Positions 1 through 13,790 of a DNA stretch of 64,000 nucleotides are shown piece after piece; within the stretch, counting starts at the first letter, position 1, and every line of letters starts with the position of its first letter. The notes below the pieces were generated by a model, which had not been told where the DNA came from, did not search any database, and worked only from the letters and a program-made list of their open reading frames with translations. The DNA lies in contig OU015569.1 in the NCBI GenBank assembly GCA_907165135.1, positions 4,464,001-4,528,000 of the forward strand. The letters are read 5' to 3'. The stretch comes from Oikopleura dioica. Lineage: Eukaryota; Animalia; Chordata. The position numbers and the translations under genes were made by a program.

Positions 1-140
1 TTAGCCGGAGACCCGCAAATACTCCTTCTTTTGGTGATTTGGAAACCGCCTAGTAGCCAACTAGCTCAGTTCTGAACTTGCTTTTTTAACGATCTCATGC
101 AAATAATATATGTAATTCTTATTATGATTTATCCGAAACA

Positions 141-2410
141 GACGAAAGCCGCTCACTTTTCGATTGACAACTATCAACAACTGCAAAGTCAATGCCACGG
201 CGGCAACTTGCGCTGGGACTATCATAACGCTTTCTTTTTCGCTGGATCGTTAGCATCTACCATTGGATACGGAAACGTTTATCCTGAAACATTTGGGTAA
301 GTATTGACACCTTGGCGTGTAATTACTCGATATTCTTTGGCAAAACTCTCGATGAAAATAATAATCCGTTTTCAGTGGCAAAGTATTCTGCATATTCTTC
401 ATCGCTTTCGGAATTCCCTACTTTGGATACATGATGAGCGTGATATCTGAGCTGATCCATTTGAATCTACGACGGGTGGGCACCCTTCGAATTCGTCATC
501 GCAGCCTCGTCCCAAGCTCCTCCAATTTTGATAAATCGAAATACACGATGGAGTTCTCGACTGCTTCGTATGTTATTATAGGTAAGTTTTGCAAACCGTT
601 AGAACTTTTAACATTAATTTTGCATTACCAGGCTCTGCAGCTCTCGTTTTCCTGCCTTCTTATGGTCTCACATTAATAGAAGGATGGAGTTACTTTGACA
701 GCATGTACTACAGTCTCATTACGCTCACTACCGTCGGTATCGGAGACTTCGTGCCTTCTATCCTGCCTCCTAACAAATTTGGTATGTAAGACTATCAGGT
801 ATATTTGCTGAAGCTCAGTAGAAATATTAGATAAGAAATGAAAGAAGAATGTTCAAGTTGAACTCCTAGATTCTAGTCAACAGTAATTAAATAATTTGAG
901 ATCTAGCTGATTTTGCATTAAATCTCTTGCTGGGGTACGTTTTGAGATGCAACTGGAGTTTGTTTTGAGTTTTCAACGATTACGTCAAGAATCTGTTTTG
1001 GTGTTAAATATTAGGCGTAATTTGGCGATCGCGTTTTTATTGAACTTTTGCCGAGATTTCACTTAAATGCGCAAATCACGTTTTAGGCAATAATCGAAAC
1101 TGGATAAAATTGAATTACTTTGGATTTTTAAGCAACGTACGTACGCAATGATACAAAATGCTTCGAGGCTTTGGTTGACCCCATCGATAGCTCTAGCAAA
1201 TCTATCGATACAGGGATGCCGATTGCTTGTAATCAGGTACGCTAAACCGCATTTATGATCATTATTGAAACTTAATGAATTCAAGACGGAGTGGACCGAA
1301 GCAGTTCAGTTAAGTTATAGTTGGTATCGCGTACTGGTCTTTATTTGGATTCTAATTGGGCTTGCTTGGCTTGGCGGAATTATTCAAATGATTAGGAATG
1401 GATTTCCAAATTAAGATGTTAATTAATCATTTCGAAGCTTATCCTGGATAAGTCGCGGCAGCTTTCTGGAATCCACCAAAAGCGATAATTTCAGATTCAA
1501 AGCAAGTAACCCTGAAGTTGTTCTGAAACGGTTCTAAAACCAGTTTTATGCTTATTTCTTCTTATATCAACAGTTAAAATTAAGATTCTTGAACCTAATC
1601 AAAAGATATCAGAGTACAAAGACTTCAGCAAAACCGTTCTATCGCCAGACATTTGATTAAACAAACCAAGTCAGAAACCGACCCAAATGATAACTGTAAA
1701 CTTATTACTGTAAATTATTTAACGGAAAAGAGAGAACTTGATATTCAATTTGATTTTTCGTTTGTTAGCTTTTTGAAAATTGGATTTCCCGTTTCTCGAC
1801 GACCGGATTTTCATGAAAAAGAAATGTTACAAGTTGGATACCGCCAATTGCCGGATCTGTGGAAGTTGTTTTTGCGCATTTTGGTGACCGTACGTCCGGT
1901 CTGCTATTGAGAAGAAATTATGCTTTGTGGGAAATTTTCCTGGAACTAGAAGGCTGTTCTTGAAGAAGGATTGACTCAGTTAAATTTTAAAAGTCCTATT
2001 GAGGACTGAAATACTTTTCAAGGAAAATAATCATCAAGAAAATGGTCATTTTAAACAGTTAATTCGGTTCCAATCGATTTTATAAGAGCTAAAATAAATA
2101 ATTTATACATAACAACTAACAAAATTAGTAATAATGGTATGATCATCGTTGAATAATCTTCTCAGGTCTAAACTCGTCTGAAGTAGAGATGAATTCCAGT
2201 GAGTTACTGTGACAGTTCAAACGCTCGATTATGAAAGCACGACTTTGCTGAAAGCTCATCATAGCGAAATATTGGATCAACGATGGACGAAGTTCTTGAT
2301 TTTGTTAGAGAAGAGCGAAAAAATAGACAGGGTGTACTTGACGCCATTAGAACCCACCCTGAGCGTCACGAACTAGGTCAACGGCTGAGAATTCAATTCA
2401 AAATGAATTA
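141..2410 (+). CDS. Two-pore-domain (K2P/KCNK) potassium channel, multi-exon; 5' end outside the window, 3' end approximate
   Basis: P1 WDYHNAFFFAGSLASTIGYGNVYP (97..300 ORF); P2 EGWSYFDSMYYSLITLTTVGIGDFVP (589..789 ORF); M4 WYRVLVFIWILIGLAWLGGII at ~1320-1390; short introns between these exons. Confidence 0.9.
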
Positions 2411-2477
2411 ATAATAACATGAAAAATAGGTTGAGAAAATATGTAGCTTTTGAATTCGAAAAAAGCGAAAGTGATAA

Positions 2478-3681
2478 TGTCTAGACTCGATGCAGGTGAC
2501 TTACTGCAACTCAGCGGGCTCTTGGCGCCACGGAACAAAGCCCCTCCCTACGACAATATTCTAAATACGTTAACATGCCAAGAGCTATTGCGCAGCCTTA
2601 CGAAGAGTGATTTGCAGGGATCTCGGTAGTACAAGAATATAAAATTTCATATAAAAAAATTCTAAGAGGAAATATTTGTGATTCGGATTTGCCAGCCCCG
2701 AACGATATCGCAAAGTGGTGGCATATCTATCTTCGTCGAGAAGAGAAACAACCAAACTTGAGTGGAATTATCCACATTCTTCAAAATGCAGCGCCAGTAA
2801 AAGAAGAGTACAGTATTTACGAGGATTTCGTCATCGTTAATAGGATTCGTCGATATCCTGAGACCTTGTCGAAGTCGATTTTTGATCGAAAAGAGGTTGT
2901 TTAAACTTATAAAGTATTCGAAAGCTCACTTTCTTTAGATCCAAATCAAGACAACGCCATTCACCAAGCCGATGAAAAATCATGGGGTGCTTGTTCTACG
3001 CAGAGTTTGAAAAAATGGTGAGCGCTCATGCTCGCTCACTCACGTAAAAACTCACGAAAAACAGTGAGCAAGAGTGGTTTGTCGCTCACTTAAAAAAAAT
3101 TCCGAGGACCCGATCCCAACTCACTCGCTTACGAGAGTTTCAACCATTATTTCAAACTCTTGCTCTACGAATCATCAAGAAGAGCCAAAACTCAAAATAC
3201 GACTTCGAAATTGTCCCTACAAAGATAAATACGTTGGCAAGATACAACCAGGAACTCATCGAATTTGTTGGCCCATATATTCTCGTTAAGATGAAAATGG
3301 AGCTGACGGATCCTTCAAAACCCCTGCCTCAGCTCATGGCGAAAAGAGCCGAGTTTAATTGTCTGATGAGTCTGAAGAACTACGAAAGCTATGTTGACAC
3401 GTTTGAGGAGATTAAAGAGTACGAAGATATGGTCGAAAAAAAGTATGCTGAGCGACCGGGAGATACATCTTCAGACAAAATGGGGAAAAAGTATGGATCG
3501 ACCACTTTTACCACAATTCATAATCTTAGGCCTCAAAATATATTTCAGCTTTTGGAAAACAGATGCCCTACGAGATATTCGAAACAAGAAATGGATCAAC
3601 GAGTGTCAAGGCTGCAAATATTACGGCGAGTGCGAATGTTACAAGCTGAAAAAACTGAAAATTGAAAATAAATCGAATTGA
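2478..3681 (+). CDS. Hypothetical multi-exon protein (weak F-box-like N-terminus)
   Basis: Consecutive coding-like segments (from 2478, 2689..2904, 3234..3665, 3391..3681) separated by short introns or frame shifts; no family recognised with confidence. Confidence 0.45.
3018..3133. repeat. CTCAC/GTGAG-rich intronic repeat remnant
   Basis: Clustered ctcac and gtgag motifs in both orientations; no terminal repeats or TSD found. Confidence 0.35.
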
Positions 3682-3960
3682 AACGTACTTGTGTGCTTGG
3701 TATGCGCGAAGTCGAGCAAGGGTTAAGCGTATCTAATAATGCTCATTTAATTAAGCCAAAACATGGGTAGGTTTTCCAAGTTCTAGCACCTTGGAAGATG
3801 TTGTTGAAAAGAAATACCTGGCGCTGTTGCGCTCGAGACTCCACCAAAGCCGCCACCACCAAACGTCTGAGGTGCATAAAACTACTGCTCCAGCAGCAGC
3901 AAAAACAATAAGGATTCCCGATAAGAGAAACCTAGAGAAAATCAACGAATACAAAAGACA

Positions 3961-5248
3961 ATGAAAGTTTTTTCTTTGCTTTTTGTCAGCGCCGCTCAGG
4001 CCGAAGTAGTGGAAGATGATATGTGTGTCAGGAAAGGTCAAAAAATCATACTGTCGCCAATGCAGATGTTTGGGCTCTGATGGTATTGACTAACCTTAGT
4101 AATAAAAATTTTGCGACCAAATACAAAGAGATGGACGTGTCGCCCCATGCGATCAAATTGACAATTTGCCGGTGGAAGCAACTCTCAATGGGCTCGGCCG
4201 AATGGATCAAGAGCGTAGATATGTGGATTTGAAAATGATGGCCGAAAAGTGGTGGGCTAGAAACAACGGCGGTGCTTTCGATGAGCGAAAATACTGGGCA
4301 TATGGATGCCACTGCTACCTCTTAGGGGACAGACCAATGACTGAAATGGGCATTGGCAGTCCCGTCGACGCGTTGGATAACAGATGCAAGGCCTACAAGG
4401 AAAGGTTCAAGCTACTCGAAAACTTGTAGCTCTTACTGGATTAATTGAAGTACGCATCATCTTCCGTTGGATAAGACTCAAATCTTATCACGGTGTGACA
4501 CAGGTAGCGCTTACCGCCACGTAATCCAAGTGGAGGGCGCGTAATATCAAAATCGCGCTTGCGCCTTGTTTTGGGTGTCAATCTAAAGCTCAACAGAGTG
4601 TTTATTTTCGAAATGCTGTCCCTGTAACAACCCCTTTCTAATTTCAGGATATTTATTTCGAAAAAATGCTCAACAAGGAAAAAGTTTTTTTTTACTAAAA
4701 TTTGAACCAAATGACAAGGACTGCCAAAAATGTGCACGGGCCAAACACGGCAACGAATGCATTGGCGAATTTGTCAAGTACACATGGCGATACAGCAAGA
4801 AGAATCAAAATCTCGCCGCCCAAGAGGTTTGCCTAATAAATTCTATTTTAGGATTTGAATTGAGCTGTATTTTAGGATCCAGGAACGTGTGCTCGCGAGT
4901 TGTTTGAATGCGATCGACAGCTGATCTATGATATCTGGGAAAAGAGGGTAAGATATTTTTCCTTACGAAATCATAGAGTAATTTATACTCAAGGAAATCT
5001 TTGACACCCAGTACCACGCCTTCTGGTCAAATGACGACCCCGCTCTGGCTTTCGATAACCGAGACCCCGACAATTGTCCTCGCAAAGGAGGCGTCCGAGT
5101 TGAGCATCAATGTTGCGGCGGCTACGATCGACCCTATCTCTGGCTCAACCTGAACAAGAACCGATGCTGTGCTACGCGAAATCAGCAGACCGGCGATTCT
5201 GTCCCTTACGATGCCGATTGCGAGCACGGCGAATGGCTTGGTTTCTAA
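3961..5248 (+). CDS. Secreted phospholipase A2-like protein, probably catalytically inactive
   Basis: Signal peptide MKVFSLLFVSAAQA. YWAYGCHC...GSPVDALDNRCKAYKDCQKC and CARELFECDRQL match the sPLA2 cysteine framework, but the His-Asp dyad is replaced by Tyr-Lys. Confidence 0.8.
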
Positions 5249-5404
5249 AGATCTAACAACACCTGTAACCTGTGTAAAAATTTTTTTTTTTGAATAAATG
5301 TTCTTAACTAATAGCCTGCTTGAAAACGATGTTTTTGGATGAGAATTATAGAAATTGTCATTCAAAAAATAGTTTGAATGTGTAAAAGTCTGTTTATTAC
5401 AAGT

Positions 5405-8400
5405 TTAATCCTGTTTAATTTGTTTCACTCTAGGTTTATAAGGTCTGAGTTTGGTTACTTTGAGCATAGTTTCGGGACTTCGGTAAAGGTAAATGAGTTT
5501 GGCCATTAAATCTTCTTCTAATTTCCATTCTTTGAGTTCGCGAACGAGGTAGATGTCTGAATATGGTCGTGAGAAGAAAATACTCAGTACTTAAACAAAC
5601 CTGAACAAAGCTGAAGAAGCTCATCCACATTTGGATATTCATGGAACATAATATAAGCACCGTCGTATTGGAAAATAGCGCGAGTATAACGACCCGCCAA
5701 CAAAACAACCGACAAATAGAGTCCAATAACTCCATAACCAGTCAGCCAGGCTAATGATTCAGGGCCAGTTTTATCCGAAATGATGATCAGCTTGTCAACA
5801 AGGTCATCGCTATTTGGATTGGTCGGAATCTGCAAAATATAAATTTTGTGGTGAAATCAAGGAAAATTATACCATTTTGCCGAGAGTGGTCATTTTCCAC
5901 CATTTCTCTTCTTTGACTGTCACATGTTCAGTTTCGCCTACATCACAGCTTTCTGTCGCGTTTATCTTGTACGCGCCTGTCGCTGTCTCACAAACTCTAA
6001 GCACAGTGACTCGTCTCTCCAAGTTGAGTGTTACATTTGCCCAGAGTTTCGTGTTCAGGTCTTCATTCAAAATGCTGGTCATTTCACGTGCGGTGTCTGT
6101 GTTTAGTGCTCTTATGTAGTGAGGTATTGCTTTGTGAATTGTGACGCTCAGGTTCGGGCTCTCGCCCTCAAGAACAGCCTTGAAATCGGCGCACTCTTTT
6201 TCGCTCAGCTCATGCTTCGCTTCTCCGGATGCGTACTCCCACAGTTTCTCGTACTGATTCGGATTTCGTCGGATTTGGTAGTCGAATATGAACCATGCCC
6301 CACAAGTGGTCCTGTTCTCTCGTATGACTCGTTTCTCTAGCAGTCGGATCATATTCATTTTCTGGGGCTCGGTTATTGACCAGATTGTGTCCGAGTTTTT
6401 ATTCACTATGATATAAGGTTAGCATTCTGCGATAAAATTGGACCGACCTTTGACGAAGAACAAATCGCCATGATCGTATCGTGAGAGCATTTGTTGTGCG
6501 CCGAGATTATCCTTGAACCCATAGTTCGTTAGACTATTGAACTGGAGTTCTGTAAAAGGGATGAGATTGCTACCGACAGAGTAATCGGTAAAGATGTCTG
6601 AGAATCCTTCCAGTGACAGAGAGATTTTCACTTCCTTCGGCGCGTTTGGAACACCAGCTACCGTTTGAACGATTGACATGAATGCCAAGGGGAACCACAT
6701 GATTATAATCAATAGGACAATTAACAAACCACCTAGAATAAAAGTTAGAATGTTTCCGAAAAGCTCTATTAAAGGGCCAACAAAATAATCAGTTGTTGAA
6801 AAGGCAATGCCATGCGCCTGAAAATTCTGTTGGTTCTTTCGAAAATGCGAAAAGAAGATAAATGAGATAAAGGATGGTGCTGCTTTCAGCATATTACAAA
6901 AATTGCAATAAATGCGAGATAACTGAGATTAAATGCGAGATTTCAAGTTTACGGCTTATTGCTTCCATAATCCATTGTGATCTTGTCATTGCGTGCTCTG
7001 AACAATTAGTGCTTTCTTCAAATGGATAAACCATACCTCCAGAATATTTGAAGCTGGGCCAGCGTGGAAATCCACGTGGGTAATGGAACTGCTTTTCCAA
7101 GTGACGCCAGCACTTGATTTGATAAAGCTCGTGGTAAATCGTGGTTAACATGAACCATCTGAGAAGGTTGACTAAATTGCAAAGAGACGTGACTCACCTT
7201 GAAATGCCCACAGTGGACTCAACGAACATCCAGTCCATAATATTTTGGAATTCAATAATGAAGGGACACACGCGGTATCCGATGAAGACATAAAGGTTAA
7301 CATAGTTGTATCGTTTTGTTAGGAAATGTTGCAGAATGCGGGTTGGATAGCCAGATTTTATCTGAACGGTTATCAGTGTCTGTTTACGCAGTGAAAATCT
7401 ACCTGGTGAGCACTGAATGCAAAATATATCGCTTTGAAAGTGTACAATGAAATTGCGACGTTGTTTTTGAAGAATGAACGGCTTGTTATTTGTGGCAGTA
7501 AGAAGAAGATCCTAAACAAATACTTACCAATAATTTACATACAGTTAGACTTACCATATGTGAATAACAAGTACTTGTGCAAAGTGGAAAATTAGCTTGG
7601 CCATCAGATTCTTTTTGAGATAAATTGCACGATCTTAATATAAAAAGTAAATACTCACTTCACAGAAGTTATTTCAACTTACCGATGAGAATAAGGAAAA
7701 AATGGGTTATGAGGAGGTAAAGGAAACTTTTAGGAACGGTATTTTCTTTAATCTGAACGGTAATATCCAGGGACTGGCCGACAGTATGCTTGCCAAAAGC
7801 CCAGTAGCCGAACATGATGATGATAAAGCAAATGAAATCACAGCCCAACATCCAAATGTACATATCAGTGGGCATGTTCTTCTTTTCTTTTTCTTGCTGA
7901 ATCAAACGAGCGTAGAAACGACCTAATATTATTATTAAGTAAAGAGCGGTTATAATAAGTGAAAACCTGGCGATTTGAAGAAAACAAGTAATTTGTTGAG
8001 GAGCCAATCGATGACACGTAGGAAGCAGTTCTTATTTTGCTCTGAGGTGCGCGGGCGATGATTTTTGTCCTTGCGCTTTTTAAGGCTTTTAAATAGTGTT
8101 ATTCTTACTAAAATGAAATCGAATGGATTATTTAATTGCCGTTCCTTTGATTTATTCCGTCCAACGAGCCGGTCGAATCCGTCAATGGTCTTGTCAACAA
8201 TATAAACTTGGAACAGATTCGTATTATCATCATCATCGTCCAGGTCACGTTCATCATAGTTCTCCCATAGTCCGTGGACCTTCAAAAGACCACGCTGGAA
8301 GAAAAGCACAAGCAGTTGGGCAATATCCAGATACTTGACTCCGTCACGATTCTGAACACCAAAGATCTTTTCTAAGGCGAAAGGATCGTTCTCGCTGGCG

Positions 8401-11400
8401 TTCTTGATTTTATAAAATTGCCAGAATTTGAATGCAAAAATGTATTTGATCGTAATGACAAGGCAGGTGTAGCCGATCACAGTGACCCAGAACCGCTTCG
8501 AGGGCCTTGGAACGCTTAGCATCGCCCAAAGAAACACCATTCCCAACATGGGAATCGACAGGATCGAGGCGTTAAGCATACCATTCAGAATCATAAGAGC
8601 GTAGCAAAGATTGTCGATCTGGAACTGAGCAAAGTACCAGATCGCGCTGAGGAAACGTTGGATGAAGTGGTCTTCTTTATCGAAATCATCGGGACTCACG
8701 AAGTAGTTCGAGAAGTCGTCTTGATGCGTTCGCGATGCTGATGAAGGAGTCTCCACATCAGTTCCTGTTTGGCTTCCCGCGTTTGAGCCAGTACCGTGTC
8801 GAGCCACGCGATTGAGAGCTGCGTTTCGGATTTGGTGTGCATACCTTCTATCAGCTACTACGGGCAATGTATTTCTCGACTCTTGTCTATCCCGTTTCAA
8901 CTGAATGATGATCGAGCGATAAGCTTGTGTTCGTGTGTTCAGCACTCTAGTAAAATAAATCACTGTATCGTAGAGAAGGTTTCCTTGTGGCTCACTATCT
9001 TCTTTTGGCACGGCTACAGTCAGTTCCGGACTTTTCGATACCTCTCCCGGGCTAGTCGCTGGCTCCGACATGGTTGAGTCCTCCTCCATAGGAACAATAT
9101 GATCTGATTTATCGTAACTGACTGATTTAAAGACCCTATCAGCATGCTCATCCGCCCAATCAACTCGAGGACGGCCACCCGTCGGCAGCCTCGGACTCTG
9201 TTCTTTATCAGTTTGTTGAGGTCGTTCAAATAGGGTGTCTTTGCTCTCGGACATATCTTTGCCTGGAAGCCTTCCTGTGAATAGAACATTGCCGATTCCC
9301 TGTTTTATATCTCTGAATGATTGAGGCAATTTTGGGCTGTTTCCAGCAGCATTAATTTGATTATCTGTGATCGAGTGCTGCATTCCAGGTGTGCTTTTTA
9401 TTCCAGAATCTGAGGTCGATTGAGGGAGTCCATGAGGCGTTTGTGTATCGTTGTCATCGTCGATTGTTTCTGTCAATCCCTCGAACCATGTCTTGTCGCA
9501 GACTCGCAAGGCGTCGAAGTGATCGTATGGCTCTTGAAGATCGCTGCGGACATTTCTACGAATACGCTCGACTGACTCTTGGACACGCTCCTTGTCAATT
9601 TCCTCATTTTTCTTTCTTTTTCCAGCTTCCATTTGAACCCACAGGGAAAACAACTGATTGCCCTTAGAGCTCAAACCGATTTGAACGATTAAATCTTCAC
9701 GTACATGAAGGAAATAGTAGCTCTGGAATATGCGCCGCTGGAGCAGTAAGAAAACAAATGTAGCAAAGTCCCACGCGATGCCGACAGCTTGTACGTCTTT
9801 TTCGTGAATACATTCGTTTTCTGGTGGTTTGTTGTTTTTATCCAGTATTGTAAAGTAAGATGTGTCTTCGCAAGAGAGTGATAGTAACGAACGCAGATAG
9901 CATGTAGGATTGTCGGGCCCGTTTTCGATTTCCTCAACTGTGCCCGAAAACACACATGCGAGAAGCTGGAGACAACATTTCGTGACGACGACAATGCCAT
10001 TATAAAACAACAGCCAGTTCCAACGACGTCGAAGAATTGATGGTCGGCAGGTAATTATCATTTGACCTTGATATAAAAAGTAAAACGACGCGACTAGGTA
10101 TCCAAGGCAGAAGAGACTTGTTCGGTTCGTGCCTGCAATAAGGACAACAGTGAATGTCACCCAATAAACCATTGAAAACACAAATGTCTTTAGTCTATCG
10201 AGGGTGGTTGGCGGCTCGGCGAGGATAAAATTTCGATGAGGATTGTCTTTTACATCATCAAGAACAGTGTCGTCGTTTCTGCCAGCAAGCTTGATCCAAG
10301 TGTCGGTATTTTCGTTCTCAAAAACGCCGCATTGACAAACAGCGAGCAAAAGTTGGAAGAAGTCAAGAATGATGGCATTCGCTTTGGTGTGATCTATCCC
10401 GGCATCTTTCGGGAGAAAGAGGTACTTTACAAATTTGATCCGTTCATCGTCGTTGGAGATTAATTTATAGAATATCATATTTTCATTGTTGTAATATTTG
10501 TCCGCAAGATTGACACAGAGAGCTTTGGGAATATTCAGAACGAGTACAAACTCGACTGCCCAAAGAACTGAGAGAAATATTGTGTAGCCTTTCCAGACTT
10601 TGGCCAGCGTTCGACGCGAATTCGAAGATATGACAAGAAGAATGAGAAGGCAAATCGCATAAATAGTACCGAAGAAATCCTTACGCGTCCAAATCGTTAT
10701 CACACTGGAAATGAAGCACACTTCAACACCAAACTTGTGGAAAAAGTAATTTGCAAAGAACTTGCAGCACTCCTTCACAGAGCGATCGGCATTCTCGCGA
10801 ATTATTTCTGGGAAAATGGCACCAGGTGCGACTTTCGACTCAGGATAGTGGTTCTCCAGGAAACGGGAGCGCCGGAATATAACTCGCTCAGCCAAAAGGA
10901 CAATGATGATTGAAAGCCATCCTCGAACAAATTCACAGAAACTATCCTGATCGTCGACTTTTTCAAAGCCAATCCATTTCATAAGATCAACGCTCTGATC
11001 TTTGTCGTCACAGCGGGTACTTTCCAGAAGTGTTTGATTTAAATTCTGATGAACGAATTCAAGCTGGTAGATCATGTTGAAGAGGAGCATTAGAGATGCC
11101 CAGACGAGCGTTAGAATATAAACAAACAGGTCGAGATTTCGAAAAGGGAGTCCCAGAATCCACAGAAGAGCAGGGAATAGGTAGCAAGCGGAGGGTTGAC
11201 TGAGTGCAGAAATAATGACTACGATAGCGCAAATTTTCCACCGGTGAATTTCCAGAAGCTTCCACATGATTCTCTTGAAGATCTCAGCGAATACTGAGAA
11301 CTTGGCATATAGCTCACGCCATTTAGTGCTCTTTGTTAAGAAAGAGTCACTTCGTCGACGAGAAAATCGAGTGCGGGAAAGAAGAGGACCGTTTTGAAGG

Positions 11401-13790
11401 CGGTCATCGGTATGTTCATCGGTTAAAACGATGAATCGCTCATGGTAGTAATGCAGCTGGAGCATGCAGCAAACGAGGAACGCTGTGGGTAAGAAAATGG
11501 ACATCATCAAGCCAGAAGAGTCTTCGTAGTACTTGAGGCCAATATCTTCCAAGTCCGATGTATTCAAAGTGGTTATATTCTTCCAGTAGTCTTGGAAGCC
11601 ATTTAGCTGGAAAGTGTAGATGAGTACTACCACTAGAATCGAGTATACGACGAGCAAAAGCCAGAATACTCTGAGCACGCGATGCCACATGTTCCATGAT
11701 AGCTGAAAAATCACGCCGGAGAATAAGAAAAATAACATGTAAATGATCTTATAGCCAACCACTTGACCATTGAGGGCTATGAACAGCAAGAAGCTGGAGA
11801 CGATAATAATAAAGTATCGAGCTAATTGTTCGAGTATCCAAGCTTGGATTTCAGGCATTGGAAGTTCGGCGTTCGGGCGTTGTTTCTCAAACTTTTGCCT
11901 AATATTCTCGTGGATCATGAGCCAGAAAACAAGCGTAAAACCGATTCGCAGGAGGAGAGTTGTAAAGGCTAGTCCCTCTGGTCGACTTCATAGTCTTTTT
12001 CATATGTTCGAAAAATGATATTTTAACAGTCGCTAGCTTAGAAGAACAAGAAAGAAATAAAGAAGAGAATGTTGAGTTGGTTTTAGGATAATTAATCAAG
12101 TAATTAAGAGATTGATGATGATGGCCGTCATCAAAAATAGTAGTCTGAGTTAGTTATTAGAATCCTAAATTAGAATCCTGATATTAAAGACTTTCCTAAG
12201 GCCAATGGTTTTCAGACCATCGCTTGCTTTTTCACCCTTGTCATTGTCATGAAGTTTCGTCGGAAGCTCATCATCCGTCAGCCTCAATGAGTAAACGAAT
12301 TGAAGCAAGATCAGCACAATTGCATAGAGTGTGATGTACTTCGAGTGTCTCAAGGTAACTGAAGCTCTATCCCGCGCCATCCACAAGTAACAACTCCAGA
12401 GGAGCAAGATAAACGTTATCCATGAGTGGTATGTTACTGACCAGGCCATCATCATGATCAAACCAACAACATAGAGAACCTTTTCTCGCAACGCTATCCA
12501 GATTTGTCGCTTTTGCGGTAATCGTGATTTAAAAATCGACATTCGATGCATAACAGCTGAAGTGGGCGACCTGGCAGAAGGCTCGGGCAGATTGCTGTAT
12601 GCATTTTCTTGGATTTCGGTCTCCGAGAAGGTACTTGTCGCATCGACAAGAGGGTCCGCTTCTTGAATATAAGCAGCACTACGCTGACTTAGCTGACTAT
12701 AATACGCTTTTTGAGACGACTTGAAGTCGCGAAAGATCATATACGAGTATGCGCAGCAAAAATGAAGCAGCAGGACAAACATGGGTTCGAAAAAATCAGG
12801 TGTCTCATTCTGCCAGCAAAAAGGCTTGACACAATCTTCGTGGACACAGTTGTCGACTACTAGATCGTAAACGGGGGTTGAGTCAGAAGTGTTTGCCCCA
12901 CATGGGTTGACAATAGTACAGTCAACAATAACGAGTCGCTTGAGGCCTAGAACCCGCGAGGCAAGATCGGTGGCATTGGTTTCTGTGTTGATCTTCATGC
13001 TGTTGCTATTGATGCTGGGCAATTGCCACATGTACATAATGAGCAAGTGGCAGGCTGTGTAAACGCTGAGGCCAAGGCGTAACTTGTAGATGTTGCGCTG
13101 CGGCTCCAAATTGACGTGAAACGAGTACATAGTCGTGAGGAATAAGAAAAATAACAGATATGGGAAAGATAAGGCTGATGGAGAAGCGATACCAGAAAGG
13201 GCCAAAAAGACGAGGGTGAAAAGAAATAGGAATTTGTTCCATCTTGACTTCGTTTCCAGCGTCTGATCTGTGATAGACTCGCCAAGAAACGTTTGGGACT
13301 GGCCCGGATTTCCAGGAATCAGTTGCGTCTCCTGACTTCCCTGATGGCTACCTTTCGCCTTGATAGCACATAAGTTCAGATACGTCAGCAGGGAGATGAT
13401 GAAAACGACGAAATTCGGCACAAGGATTCTTATACTGTTGATCAGGTCGGCTTTATCGAGTGCTTGCATTCCCAAGAAACGGTAGACCTCTTCTGTCTTT
13501 GAACATTTGCCTGGTTCGCGATTGAGAATGTCAACACCTTTGATGGCAAGCACGGCGAGGAAGATGCATTCAAGCAAAGAAAAAATACACGAAAAGATAA
13601 CGGTGGTAAGCGTGAAACGCTTGGCATAGGCGGTGTTGTATCCAGTGTTGTAAGGCCATGTTAGCAGAAGCAAAAGATAGACGATGCCGATGAAGTCGTA
13701 GCGGAAGAGAATCGCCGCGCACAGCGACACTGGCAACAGAACGTAAAAGAAAACATTACAAAGTCCGACATTCGTCGGGGTTCTCTTCAT
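5405..13790 (-). CDS. PIEZO: Piezo mechanosensitive ion channel (~2400 aa, multi-exon)
   Basis: Long multi-TM ORFs 12165..13925 and 7950..11918. PFxxExxxxxxW motif (PFIIEFQNIMDW) at ~7230-7270. C-terminal GLYLSVVL...YPNVDELLQLC...DIYLVRE...LEEDLMAKLIYLYRSPETMLK. Confidence 0.96.
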
